Assembly: GCA_050255815.1 (NCBI GenBank)
Contig: JBLMVJ010000020.1
Span: 1 to 53,579, forward strand
Source of the DNA: Candidatus Levyibacteriota bacterium
GTDB lineage: Bacteria; Patescibacteriota; Microgenomatia; Levybacterales; GWA1-39-11
Direction of reading: 5' to 3'
DNA: 53,579 bases
The position numbers and the translations under genes were made by a program. This document shows positions 1 through 8,795 of the stretch, in pieces (the stretch's first letter is position 1; every line of letters starts with the position of its first letter). Under the pieces are notes generated by a model. It was given only the letters and a program-made list of their open reading frames with translations, made no database searches and had not been told where the DNA came from.

Positions 1-149
1 CAAGCCTTATCACGTCATTTATTTTGTATTATTTTGGCAGCGGGGTGATACGGGGTTTTGCATTGACGCTGGCAATAGGAATCCTGGTTTCCATGTTCTC
101 AGCAATAGTAGTGACCAGGAACTTATTGAGAGTATTTGATCGCAAGTAG
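1..149 (+). CDS. secD: SecD protein-export membrane protein, C-terminal fragment (5' end outside the window)
   Basis: Frame ending at TAG 147-149 translates to ...GVIRGFALTLAIGILVSMFSAIVVTRNLLRVFDRK, typical of the last SecD TM helix. secF follows directly. Confidence 0.75.
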   Translation, partial: SLITSFILYYFGSGVIRGFALTLAIGILVSMFSAIVVTRNLLRVFDRK

Positions 150-206
150 CATGTAGCAGGTAGCACGTAGTGTAAATACCACTTGCTACCCGCCACGAGC
201 CACAAG
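142..206 (+). repeat. Heptamer-phased tract 1: GCAAGTA GCATGTA GCAGGTA GCACGTA, then CCACTTG CTACCCG CCACGAG CCACAAG
   Basis: Read directly. TAG occurs at 147, 154, 161 and 168 (7-nt spacing); the first TAG is the secD stop codon. The second arm is partly complementary to the first. Confidence 0.85.
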
Positions 207-211
207 CTTAT

Positions 212-1111
212 ATGAATATCATACGGCATAAAAATTGGTTATTTCTTTTATCGGGGATTGTTATTGTTCCCGGACTCATCTCCCTCATTTTCTTTGGGCT
301 GAAGCCATCAATTGATTTCACCGGTGGTTCCCGTACAGAGCTCAACCTTACCATTGCTCCTGAGAAAACAGGAGAACTGAAGAGCTATTTGGTTTCACGA
401 AAAATCCCCGCGCAGGAAGTAATTAAAAGTGCCCCGACAGAAGTTTTAATCAGGACACAGGTAATTAACCAAAAACAGAAAGACCAAATGGTTAATTTGA
501 TTAAAGAGAAATATCCCCAGGCTACAGAGCGGTCATTTGAGACCGTAGGTGCAACCATAGGACAGGAAACAGAGCTGAATGCGCTTAGGGCAGTTCTTAT
601 TGCAAGCTTAGCTATAACTCTCTACATTGCTTTTGCATTCCGTAAGGTATCCCGTCCCGTAGCATCATGGAAATTTGGCATATGCGCCATAGTCGCATTA
701 CTGCATGATATTTTAGTGGTGGTAGGAATTTTTTCTATCCTGGGAGTAATCTTCCGCGTAGAGATAGATGCGCTATTTATTACTGCGCTGTTAACCGTTA
801 TGGGATTTTCAGTGCATGATACTATAGTGGTTTTTGACAGGATCCGTGAGAACCTGCGTAAAAATGCACGTATCCCGTTTGAAGAGATTGTGAATAATTC
901 AATTCTGGAAACTATGAATAGGTCGCTTAATACGTCCCTTACTGTTGTTCTGGTTTTGTTTATGCTTATGTTGTTTGGCGGGGAATCCACCAGATGGTTT
1001 ATTGCGGCCTTGTTGGTGGGAATTATTTCCGGGACTTATTCCTCTATCTTTAATGCGTCCCCGCTGTTAGTATTATGGTACGAGTTTGACAAGAAAAGAA
1101 AAAACAAATAG
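212..1111 (+). CDS. secF: SecF protein-export membrane protein
   Basis: 299 aa. N-terminal TM helix then the IDFTGG motif, followed by a C-terminal six-TM SecDF-type region (FSVHDTIVVFDRIREN). Confidence 0.9.
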   Translation: MNIIRHKNWLFLLSGIVIVPGLISLIFFGLKPSIDFTGGSRTELNLTIAPEKTGELKSYLVSRKIPAQEVIKSAPTEVLIRTQVINQKQKDQMVNLIKEKYPQATERSFETVGATIGQETELNALRAVLIASLAITLYIAFAFRKVSRPVASWKFGICAIVALLHDILVVVGIFSILGVIFRVEIDALFITALLTVMGFSVHDTIVVFDRIRENLRKNARIPFEEIVNNSILETMNRSLNTSLTVVLVLFMLMLFGGESTRWFIAALLVGIISGTYSSIFNASPLLVLWYEFDKKRKNK

Positions 1112-1183
1112 AAGTACACTTCGCAAAATTCAATAGAAATTACAATTAGTTTCTATGAATTTCCTAATTTCCAATTGCAATTT

Positions 1184-2329
1184 ATGAAATTATACGATTC
1201 TTTTACGCGTTCAAAACAAGAACTTAAACCGCTTAAAAAAAATAAGGTTTCTCTCTATGTGTGTGGCATTACCCCAAATAATGCAACCCATTTGGGCCAT
1301 GCCTTCACGTATGTTTCTTTTGATGCACTCATAAGATACCTTCATTACAAAGGGTTCCAAGTGCACTATTTACAGAATGCCACGGATATTAATGATAGCG
1401 ATGATGTAATTTTGCAGGCGTCAAAAGACGGGAGGAGTTGGCAGGAAGAAGCAGATTTTTGGATTAGGCACTTCCATAAACAGATGGATTCATTACATGT
1501 TTTGCGTCCTACTAAATACGTATTAGCTACTTCTGTCATACAAAAAATTATTTCCATAAATTCCAAATTATTGGAAAAAGGATTTGCATATGAAAAAAAT
1601 GGAAATGTATATTTTTCCATAGACACTTTTCCTAAATATGGTGAGCTTTCAAAGTTCAGCCGGGAACAGATGTTGTTTATTTCAAAAGACCGGGGAAATG
1701 ATACATTAGACCCTAATAAGAAAAATCCGTTGGATTTTGTATTGTGGTTTGGGTCTTCGGAAGAACCAAATTGGGAGGCATCTTTTGGCGTAGGGCGGCC
1801 CGGGTGGCATATAGAATGTACGTCTATGATCCACGAATTTTTAGGGGAACAGATAGATATCCATGGAGGAGGAAGAGATTTAATTTATCCTCATCATGAA
1901 AGTGAAATAGCCCAGTCAGAAAATCTTACCGGAAAAAAATATGTGCAAACCTGGATGCACACCTCTATGGTGTTGTGCGAAGGGGAGAAAATGAGTAAAT
2001 CACTTGGCAATTTAGTTTTAATAGAAGAATTACTAAAAAAATATTCACCAGATGCTATCCGCTGGATGATTCTTTCCCACCACTATAGAATGCCTTGGGA
2101 ATTTGAAGAATTAGAACTCCAGGAAATTGAAGAAAAAGTTGCAAAACTAACTTCTAAACTTAGTTCGGATACCATGAACCATGAACCATTAACCATGAAC
2201 CAATTCGAAGAATTAATGGATGATGACCTTTCCACCCCAAAAGTTCTAGGCCTTATCGAAGACCTCATTCAAGAAGGTAAAACCCCAGAAGCAAAAAAGA
2301 TCTTGCAAATCCTCGGCTTCAAAATATAA
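1184..2329 (+). CDS. cysS: Cysteine--tRNA ligase-like class I enzyme, short form without the C-terminal anticodon-binding domain
   Basis: Motifs: LYVCGITPNNATHLGHA (HIGH region), GRPGWHIEC, HGGGRDLIYPHHESEIAQ, KMSKSLGN. ATG at 1184 gives MKLYDSFTR, like the CysRS N-terminus. The TTG at 1175 is the longest-ORF start. Confidence 0.8.
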   Translation: MKLYDSFTRSKQELKPLKKNKVSLYVCGITPNNATHLGHAFTYVSFDALIRYLHYKGFQVHYLQNATDINDSDDVILQASKDGRSWQEEADFWIRHFHKQMDSLHVLRPTKYVLATSVIQKIISINSKLLEKGFAYEKNGNVYFSIDTFPKYGELSKFSREQMLFISKDRGNDTLDPNKKNPLDFVLWFGSSEEPNWEASFGVGRPGWHIECTSMIHEFLGEQIDIHGGGRDLIYPHHESEIAQSENLTGKKYVQTWMHTSMVLCEGEKMSKSLGNLVLIEELLKKYSPDAIRWMILSHHYRMPWEFEELELQEIEEKVAKLTSKLSSDTMNHEPLTMNQFEELMDDDLSTPKVLGLIEDLIQEGKTPEAKKILQILGFKI

Positions 2330-2389
2330 ATAGAATGAGATGTGTTTAGATACAAAGCTATGTGGATAAAAGTGGTACTCCTAAGGATT

Positions 2390-2848
2390 TCAGTTTTCAA
2401 ACCCGAGTTTTTGTCTGACCAAATTGGAAACTAGACCGGCGTCTGCTTTTCCTTTTACTTTTGGCATTAAAACACCCATGACTTTTCCCATATCCTGCAT
2501 TGTTTTTGCCCCTGTTTGCTCAACTGCTTCGGATACAAGTTTAACCACTTCTTCTTCCGGCATTTGTTCAGGTAAATAACCTTGTAAAACCTCTATTTCC
2601 TTTTTCTCTTTTTCTGCCAGTTCCGGGCGTCCGCCTTTTTCATACAGTTCAATTGATTCTTTTCTTTTTTTTATCTCTTTCCCAACTACATCAATAACGT
2701 CTTCATCCGTTGCCTCATATCCGGCGCCGCCTTTATTAATTTCAAAGTACTGAAGGGCAGATTTAAGCATGCGGATGGTAGATAGTTTATCTTCATCCTT
2801 TGCTAGCATTGCCGCTTTGAGATCTTCCTGCAGTTCATTTTTTAGCAT
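2390..2848 (-). CDS. GatB/YqeY domain-containing protein
   Basis: 152 aa. MLKNELQEDLKAAMLAKD...LSTIRMLKSAL and ...GKADAGLVSNLVRQKL are typical of the YqeY/GatB C-terminal domain. Confidence 0.8.
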   Translation of the reverse strand: MLKNELQEDLKAAMLAKDEDKLSTIRMLKSALQYFEINKGGAGYEATDEDVIDVVGKEIKKRKESIELYEKGGRPELAEKEKKEIEVLQGYLPEQMPEEEVVKLVSEAVEQTGAKTMQDMGKVMGVLMPKVKGKADAGLVSNLVRQKLGFEN

Positions 2849-2860
2849 ATTGTAATTATA

Positions 2861-4246
2861 TCACTTATTTAACTTCTTATATTCTTCATGAATCCGAAAA
2901 ATTAAATATTCGCGGTTATTTTTAGACAAATCTTCGTCGCATTCTTCAAAAAGGGCTTGCAGGATTTTCCCAATTGCCGGTCCCGGCTTGATCTTTAATT
3001 CACGCATTATGTCATTCCCATCAACTTTTAAATCATTTATTGAAAATGGAGGATTTAGTTGTAGTTCTATTCTCTCCTTAAACTTCTTTAACCGCCAGCT
3101 CTCAGCGGTTTGAGTACCTGACCCTAAGCGGTCGCCTATCCGTAAATCTATCATATCCCGTACATTTTCCAATCCGACTCTTCTGATAAATCGTCTTACT
3201 GCGCTGTCAGTAATATGCTCATCTATGGTAAACATGTGCCACCGGATAAGAGTGATAATTTTTTCCCGTTCTTTTTTTGAAAAATGAAGCCGGTCACAAA
3301 TTTCCCGTGTAATTCTGGCTCCTGCTACTTCATGGTTATAAAAAATAACCAACCCGTTTTCATCCTCAGAGCGGACTTTTGGTTTCCCTACATCATGAAG
3401 GAGTGTTGCAAAGCGGGTAATGGGATTGTTAGAGCCACAATATTTTAATGCCAATACATTATGGGTAAATACATCATACGTATGGTGTCTTCCCGGACGT
3501 TCCTGTGATACCCCTTTCCCCAACGCTAACTCGGGAAGAATTAGATCCAAAAGTCCTGTGACATCTAAGAGCATAACTCCTTCATACGCATTTTCTGATG
3601 CTAGGATTTTTAGTAGCTCATCCCTGATGCGTTCTCCTGAGACATGTTTTATCAATCCTGCATTTTTTACTATGGCTTCCATAGTTTTTTTCTCTATAGA
3701 AAAGGATAGCTGGGTTGCAAACCTCACCGCCCGCATAAGGCGTAGGGAGTCTTCCTTAAAGCGCTCGTCTGCTTTTCCTACTGCTTTGATAGTCTTTATC
3801 TTCAGGTCTTCCTGGCCATTAAACGGATCTATGAGCTCAAATTCTGCGTGTTTATTAGTGAGCTTTAGTGCGATTGCATTAATGGTGAAGTCCCGCCTAC
3901 TTAGGTCTTCATCTATAGTTTTGCCCCAGGAAACTTTTTCCGGTCTCCGGTGATCCTTATAAGAGGATTCGGTCCTGAAAGTAGTTATTTCAACCACACC
4001 TGGATGTTCATTTTCTGTAACCTGCGGTAAGGGAACACCTACCGTACCAAAGGAATTATCGTAAAAAGAATCAGGGAATACTGCCTGAAGGTTTTCAGGG
4101 GTAGCATTTGTAGTTAAATCCCAGTCTTTTGGTTCTTTATCCAACAGTAAATTCCTGACGCATCCGCCTACTAAATAGACTTCAAAGCCGGCTGATTCCA
4201 GTCTCTCATAAATTCCTAGAACGTCTTTATCTATTTTATGTATCAT
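2861..4246 (-). CDS. cca: CCA-adding tRNA nucleotidyltransferase / poly(A) polymerase family protein with an HD domain
   Basis: 461 aa. N-terminal GGCVRNLLL...DWDL nucleotidyltransferase motif, RRDFTINA, and a C-terminal HD region (LLHDVGKP). Confidence 0.85.
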   Translation of the reverse strand: MIHKIDKDVLGIYERLESAGFEVYLVGGCVRNLLLDKEPKDWDLTTNATPENLQAVFPDSFYDNSFGTVGVPLPQVTENEHPGVVEITTFRTESSYKDHRRPEKVSWGKTIDEDLSRRDFTINAIALKLTNKHAEFELIDPFNGQEDLKIKTIKAVGKADERFKEDSLRLMRAVRFATQLSFSIEKKTMEAIVKNAGLIKHVSGERIRDELLKILASENAYEGVMLLDVTGLLDLILPELALGKGVSQERPGRHHTYDVFTHNVLALKYCGSNNPITRFATLLHDVGKPKVRSEDENGLVIFYNHEVAGARITREICDRLHFSKKEREKIITLIRWHMFTIDEHITDSAVRRFIRRVGLENVRDMIDLRIGDRLGSGTQTAESWRLKKFKERIELQLNPPFSINDLKVDGNDIMRELKIKPGPAIGKILQALFEECDEDLSKNNREYLIFRIHEEYKKLNK

Positions 4247-4258
4247 ATGGTATATTAA

Positions 4259-5983
4259 ATGTCGTTACGGGAAGCGGTATACGAGCAATTTAATTTTATC
4301 ATGAAAACGTGGAAAGTACTTCACTCTGAACCGGTAAAAAAACTCGATGAACAGAAAATCATCAAAATCCTTCTTAAAAACAGGGGATTAGAAACAAAAA
4401 AAGAAATAGAAGGTTTTCTCAATCCTTCTTTGGATAGTGTAACTTTTCAAGCAGTTGGAGTAGATGATAGAGAGTTGAATCAAACACTGGATCTCATACA
4501 AAAAACAATCAAGGAAAACAAATGGATTGTGATATATGGGGATTATGATGTAGATGGTATTTGTGCAGCTGCAATCTTATGGGAAACCATCTATGCTTTT
4601 TACCGGCAGGTTCAGCCATATATTCCCCATAGGATAGATGAGGGATATGGCCTTTCTGAAAAAGGAATTCAGAATTTAGAGTCTAAAATTCAGAACATTG
4701 GATTAATTATTACCGTAGACAATGGGGTAGTCGCTCATAAGGCGATTGAATACGCCAAAAGCCTTGGAATTTCAGTGATAGTTACAGACCATCATGTGGC
4801 AGGAGATAAAAAGCTGAATGCAGATGCAGTGGTGCATACAACGCAGTTATGCGGAACTGGAATTGCGTACCTTCTGGCAAAAGAAATAACCAATAACCAA
4901 GCACCAATGTTCAAACCAATAAATAATGAACAATTCAATAATGAGGAAGAGCATCTCGAATTAGTTGCATTGGCGACGGTTGCAGATTTGGTCCCACTAA
5001 ATAAATATAATAGGGCATTGTTAAAATCAGGACTTGAATATCTGCGCACAACAAAACGTTTGGGACTGTTAGCTCTTTTTGATGAAGCGCAGGTAAAAAA
5101 AGAGGAAATAGATACGTACCATATAGGACATATTATTGCACCCAGGCTCAATGCATCAGGCAGGATTACTCATGCATTGGATTCACTCAGGTTATTGTGT
5201 ACAAAAGACGCTGCAAGGGCAAAAGTACTGGCAAAGCATTTAGGGAATATAAATAGAGAGCGGCAACAAATTACTTTTGATTCTGCTGAAGAGGCAAAGA
5301 ATCAAATTAGAAATACCAAGCTCGAAACTCAAAATATTTTAGTGGTTGAGAGTGAGATGTATGAACAGGGAGTCATAGGTTTAATAGCGTCTCGGTTAGT
5401 AGAAGAATTTTATAAACCTGCTATTGCAGTTTCCGTGGGAGAAAAAATATCAAAGGGATCTGCCAGATCTGTTAGTGGGGTGAATATTATAGAGCTTATC
5501 CGTTCCTGTTCAGATATTCTTTCTGAAGCCGGGGGACACCCTATGGCAGCAGGATTTAGTATAGAAACCATAAGGCTAGAGGAATTTAAGAATAAATTGA
5601 TAAGTCTGGCAGAGAAGTTAGATAAAAACTTGTTCCAGCGGAATCTTACCATAGATATGGAGTTACCGTGGAATATGGTAGGAATTGAATTATGTGATGA
5701 AATTGAAAAATTGAAACCTTTTGGCATGGGAAATCCTCAGCCTGTTTTTTTTGTAAGCAATGTTACCGTAAGTTCGTTTAAAAAAGTTGGGGTGGATGGA
5801 AAACACTTGCAGTTATTTTTAGAAAAAGACGGGAAAATGCTAAAAGGTATATTCTTCAGGCATAATGGGGATGCAATTCAGCAGGGAAGCAGGGTGGATG
5901 TTGTGTTTACCCCGGATAAACACGAATGGAATGGAAATATCAGTGTAGAGTTAAAGATAAAAGATATTAAAATTATTTCTTAA
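4259..5983 (+). CDS. recJ: Single-stranded-DNA-specific exonuclease RecJ
   Basis: 574 aa. DHH-family motifs YGDYDVDGICAAAIL, ITVDNG, VTDHH, and DHHA1 GGHPMAAG. Alternative start at ATG 4301. Confidence 0.9.
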   Translation: MSLREAVYEQFNFIMKTWKVLHSEPVKKLDEQKIIKILLKNRGLETKKEIEGFLNPSLDSVTFQAVGVDDRELNQTLDLIQKTIKENKWIVIYGDYDVDGICAAAILWETIYAFYRQVQPYIPHRIDEGYGLSEKGIQNLESKIQNIGLIITVDNGVVAHKAIEYAKSLGISVIVTDHHVAGDKKLNADAVVHTTQLCGTGIAYLLAKEITNNQAPMFKPINNEQFNNEEEHLELVALATVADLVPLNKYNRALLKSGLEYLRTTKRLGLLALFDEAQVKKEEIDTYHIGHIIAPRLNASGRITHALDSLRLLCTKDAARAKVLAKHLGNINRERQQITFDSAEEAKNQIRNTKLETQNILVVESEMYEQGVIGLIASRLVEEFYKPAIAVSVGEKISKGSARSVSGVNIIELIRSCSDILSEAGGHPMAAGFSIETIRLEEFKNKLISLAEKLDKNLFQRNLTIDMELPWNMVGIELCDEIEKLKPFGMGNPQPVFFVSNVTVSSFKKVGVDGKHLQLFLEKDGKMLKGIFFRHNGDAIQQGSRVDVVFTPDKHEWNGNISVELKIKDIKIIS

Positions 5984-6260
5984 GTCTTTTATCTAATTCC
6001 TGTCTGTACTTTTCCGATAAAGCTTGGCTTCTTAGTCCTTCTATGGGGTGTCTGGATAAGCCGAAAGATCCTATTTTCCTATTACCGGAAGCACGTGTCC
6101 TGGCCGCCGCATCCAAAAGGCTTGCCTGGATATCAGACATTGGTATTCCTACCGAATTTGCGGCATTTACTGCTCTTACCGCTTTTCTTCCCAACGTAAC
6201 TCCTTGGTCATCTAAGACCCTTTTCATATCTGGCCCTAATATTTCCGGATATCTTGGCAT
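5973..6260 (-). CDS. Hypothetical 95-aa protein
   Basis: Composition is more protein-like than the overlapping plus-strand ORF 6043-6357. GAGGAG lies 15 nt upstream of the ATG, preceded by a structured leader. No family recognised. Confidence 0.45.
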   Translation of the reverse strand: MPRYPEILGPDMKRVLDDQGVTLGRKAVRAVNAANSVGIPMSDIQASLLDAAARTRASGNRKIGSFGLSRHPIEGLRSQALSEKYRQELDKRLKK

Positions 6261-6291
6261 ATTTTTCGTCGTAAGCTCCTCAAAAAAGAAA

Positions 6292-6314
6292 AAACTCCCA
6301 ACTTGTGGGAGTTT
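6292..6314 (-). terminator. Intrinsic-terminator-like hairpin inside the leader of the 95-aa ORF (possible attenuator)
   Basis: On the minus strand: AAACTCCCA-CAAGT-TGGGAGTTT followed by TTTCTTTTTTG, immediately before GAGGAG and the ATG at 6260. Confidence 0.45.
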
Positions 6315-6397
6315 GGAAACAAACGAATTCCAAGCCCCCGCTATGGGAGTTGAATAAAAAGCTTGGAAATTCCGTTTATTTTCATACCTATGATTGA

Positions 6398-6448
6398 ATC
6401 ATAGTTGTTCAAATTCCCCTTGTCAAGTGGGAAGCTACAGGATACAAT
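6398..6448. promoter_or_regulatory. Back-to-back candidate sigma70-type promoters with overlapping -35 boxes
   Basis: Plus strand: TTGTCA (6420-6425), N17, TACAAT (6443-6448), with the aspS ATG 6 nt later. Minus strand: TTGACA (6426-6421), N17, TATGAT (6403-6398). The palindrome CTATGATT-G-AATCATAG (6388-6404) overlaps the minus-strand -10 box. Confidence 0.4.
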
Positions 6449-6454
6449 ACCTGT

Positions 6455-7825
6455 ATGGCTAAATCAGGTTTATCTGAGGCTAACAGAATATTGGCGCTGG
6501 AGTGTCTTGATAAGGTAGGACAGGAAGTGACTTTGCGCGGTTGGGTGCAGGTAGTGCGTGCACATGGGAAAATTGCATTTATTGACCTTCGTGACAGGAG
6601 CGCTCTTATTCAGGTTGGTGCATTTGAAGGAGACCTCCCGGCTGAATTTGCAAAACTGGGTTCCCAGGATGTTATTGAAGTGCAGGGTTTAGTAAAAGAG
6701 CGGGGAGAGCGGTACGTAAATAAGAATATTTCTACAGGGACCGTGGAAGTTGAGGCAAAGTCCCTGAAAATAGTCCAGAAGTCTGATGCAATGCCTTTTG
6801 ACATGGGAGGCCGTGAATTAAACCTGGAGCTTCCTACACTGCTGGACTACCGTTCTCTTACCCTCAGACATGATACGGTCCGCAAAATCTTTGAGGTACA
6901 GGCAGCACTGGCTGATGAGTTCAGAAAAGCGGCAAAAAAACTAGGCTGTATAGAAGTTTTTGTTCCCACTATTGCAGCAGGTGCAACAGAGGGCGGTGCA
7001 GAAGTTTTTGAAGTAAACTATTTTGGCCATAAAGCTTACATGACCCAAAGTCCGCAGTTATACAAGCAGGTTATGGTAAGTATTTTTGAAAGGGTATTTA
7101 CCATAGCAAAGGCCTACCGGGCAGAACCATCAGTAACCACAAGGCATCTGACGGAAGCAACACAAATGGATATTGAAATTGGGTTCATAGAAAATTTTGA
7201 AGAGCTACTAGATGCTTTGGAATTTGTAGGAACATCTATGATCAAAAATGTTAGTGAAGAGTATGAACATATTTTAAAAGAATTTAATGTAGAAAAGCCC
7301 TTAGTTTCTTCCAGGGTGCCGCGTCTTACCCTGAGGGAAGCGCAGAAAATTGTTACAGAACGGACGGGCAGGGACTTGTCACGAGAAATGGATTTAAACC
7401 CTGAAGATGAAATAGAGATTTGTGCTTGGGCGCATGAAACACATAAGTCAGATTTTGTGACTATCACCCATTTCCCCACAAAAAAACGTGCATTCTATAC
7501 CTATCCGGATCCGGAAAATCCGGAATACAGCCTGTCTTACGACTTATTATTTAGGGGTCTTGAGATCCTTAGCGGTTCTCAACGTATTTCAGATTTTAAC
7601 CAATTGAAAGAGGCTATGGTAAAAAAAGGTGTTTCTCCTGAAAGTTTTGGGCTTTATCTACAGGCATTTCAATATGGTATGCCTCCTGAAGGGGGGTTTT
7701 CTTTTGGGCTGGAACGTCTTACTATGAAACTTTTAGAATTAAAGAATGTAAGGGAAGCAAGCCTTTTCCCGCGTGACATGGAGCGCGTGGATGAACGTTT
7801 CTCTGCTCATGAAAAAGAAGATTGA
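6455..7825 (+). CDS. aspS: Aspartate--tRNA ligase, archaeal/eukaryotic type (class IIb)
   Basis: 456 aa. N-terminal OB fold (VTLRGWVQVVRAHGKIAFIDLRD). Class II motifs FRAE-like YRAEPS, SYDLLFRGLEILSGSQRI, and GGFSFGLERL. Confidence 0.9.
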   Translation: MAKSGLSEANRILALECLDKVGQEVTLRGWVQVVRAHGKIAFIDLRDRSALIQVGAFEGDLPAEFAKLGSQDVIEVQGLVKERGERYVNKNISTGTVEVEAKSLKIVQKSDAMPFDMGGRELNLELPTLLDYRSLTLRHDTVRKIFEVQAALADEFRKAAKKLGCIEVFVPTIAAGATEGGAEVFEVNYFGHKAYMTQSPQLYKQVMVSIFERVFTIAKAYRAEPSVTTRHLTEATQMDIEIGFIENFEELLDALEFVGTSMIKNVSEEYEHILKEFNVEKPLVSSRVPRLTLREAQKIVTERTGRDLSREMDLNPEDEIEICAWAHETHKSDFVTITHFPTKKRAFYTYPDPENPEYSLSYDLLFRGLEILSGSQRISDFNQLKEAMVKKGVSPESFGLYLQAFQYGMPPEGGFSFGLERLTMKLLELKNVREASLFPRDMERVDERFSAHEKED

Positions 7826-8795
7826 AAAAACAGTTTCAAAAACCTCCTCTTCCCTTAAAAAAGTAAAAAAAAACGTTTTTAAGAAAAGAAGATTTCCCCA
7901 TCTTTATCTTATTTTTGGGCTGACAGTTTTAAATGTTTTTCTCCTGGTATTATTCATCATTTTGTTTACCCTTATCCAGTTTGTTTCTGTCAGGGATATT
8001 CCTGTGGGGAAGGCACGGCAGACAACATTTTCTTATTTCCTTAAACGCCCGGATCTTTTAACTTCTTCAAAAGCACTTGCAATTTATGATGTAACTTCAA
8101 ATATATTTCTTCTTTCTAAGAACGAAAATTTACGGTTTTCTCCGGCCTCTACTGCAAAAGTGATGTCCCTTTTGGTTGCTTTAGAACATTATCCTTCTGA
8201 TACGGTATTCACCGCAGACTATCCTGCCGTTACCAGAGAGGGTTCTAGGATGGGACTTTTCCTGGGTGAGAAGATTGGCTTTTTGGATCTGCTGTACGGA
8301 GTTATGCTTCCTTCAGGAAATGATGCGATTTATTTAATTGCGGAAAACTATCCGGGAGGAGTAAATGGTTTTGTTTCCAAAATGAACGAAAAAGCGCTTG
8401 AATTAGGGTTAGATAACACCCATTTTGTTGACCCGGCCGGCTATGAGGATGAGAACTATACTACCGCATATGATTTAGCCAGGCTTTGCGCCTACGCCTT
8501 GACCAATCCAACCTTTGCTGAAGTGGTAAAGACACGGGAGAAAACTATATATAATGTAGAACGCACTATTCCCCATCAGCTGAAGAATTTGAATGAATTG
8601 CTATCAATCCCTGGGGTTACCGGTATCAAAACAGGTTTTACCAATGAGGCTGAGGGTGTGCTCACCACTTCTTTTACCTACAATAAACATTCTTATGTGA
8701 TTGTGGTTCTCAGAAGCCAGGACAGATTCCAGGATACGCTGGAGTTGATAAAAGGGATTACCCAGGATTTGAAAGATCAAAACTATGCGTTGTAA
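7808..8795 (+). CDS. D-alanyl-D-alanine carboxypeptidase (peptidase S11 family), membrane-anchored
   Basis: SxxK motif (PASTAKVMS), SGND (PSGNDA) and KTG (IKTGFT). ATG 7808 overlaps the aspS stop. The longer ORF from 7773 overlaps aspS and is unlikely. Confidence 0.8.

Noticed and set aside
1184-2329. Annotating the CysRS-like gene as MshC (mycothiol ligase)
   Set aside because: The similarity is limited to the HIGH-region signature and the missing C-terminal domain. No other mycothiol genes are in view, and the pathway is not expected outside Actinobacteria. The gene was kept as cysS-like with a flag.
3420-3953. Long antisense ORFs inside well-supported genes (for example 622-990, 3420-3953, 4792-5151, 31813-32346, 34619-35182, 41530-42072, 45657-46001)
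   Set aside because: Each lies entirely within, and opposite to, a gene with clear family motifs. Their translations are Ser/Leu/Phe/Ile-rich low-information sequences typical of the reverse strand of AT-rich genes.
4247-4258. A 12-bp divergent gap between cca and recJ as an unusual shared promoter
   Set aside because: More simply explained by recJ starting at the internal ATG 4301, which leaves a normal 54-nt divergent spacer. This cannot be decided from sequence alone.
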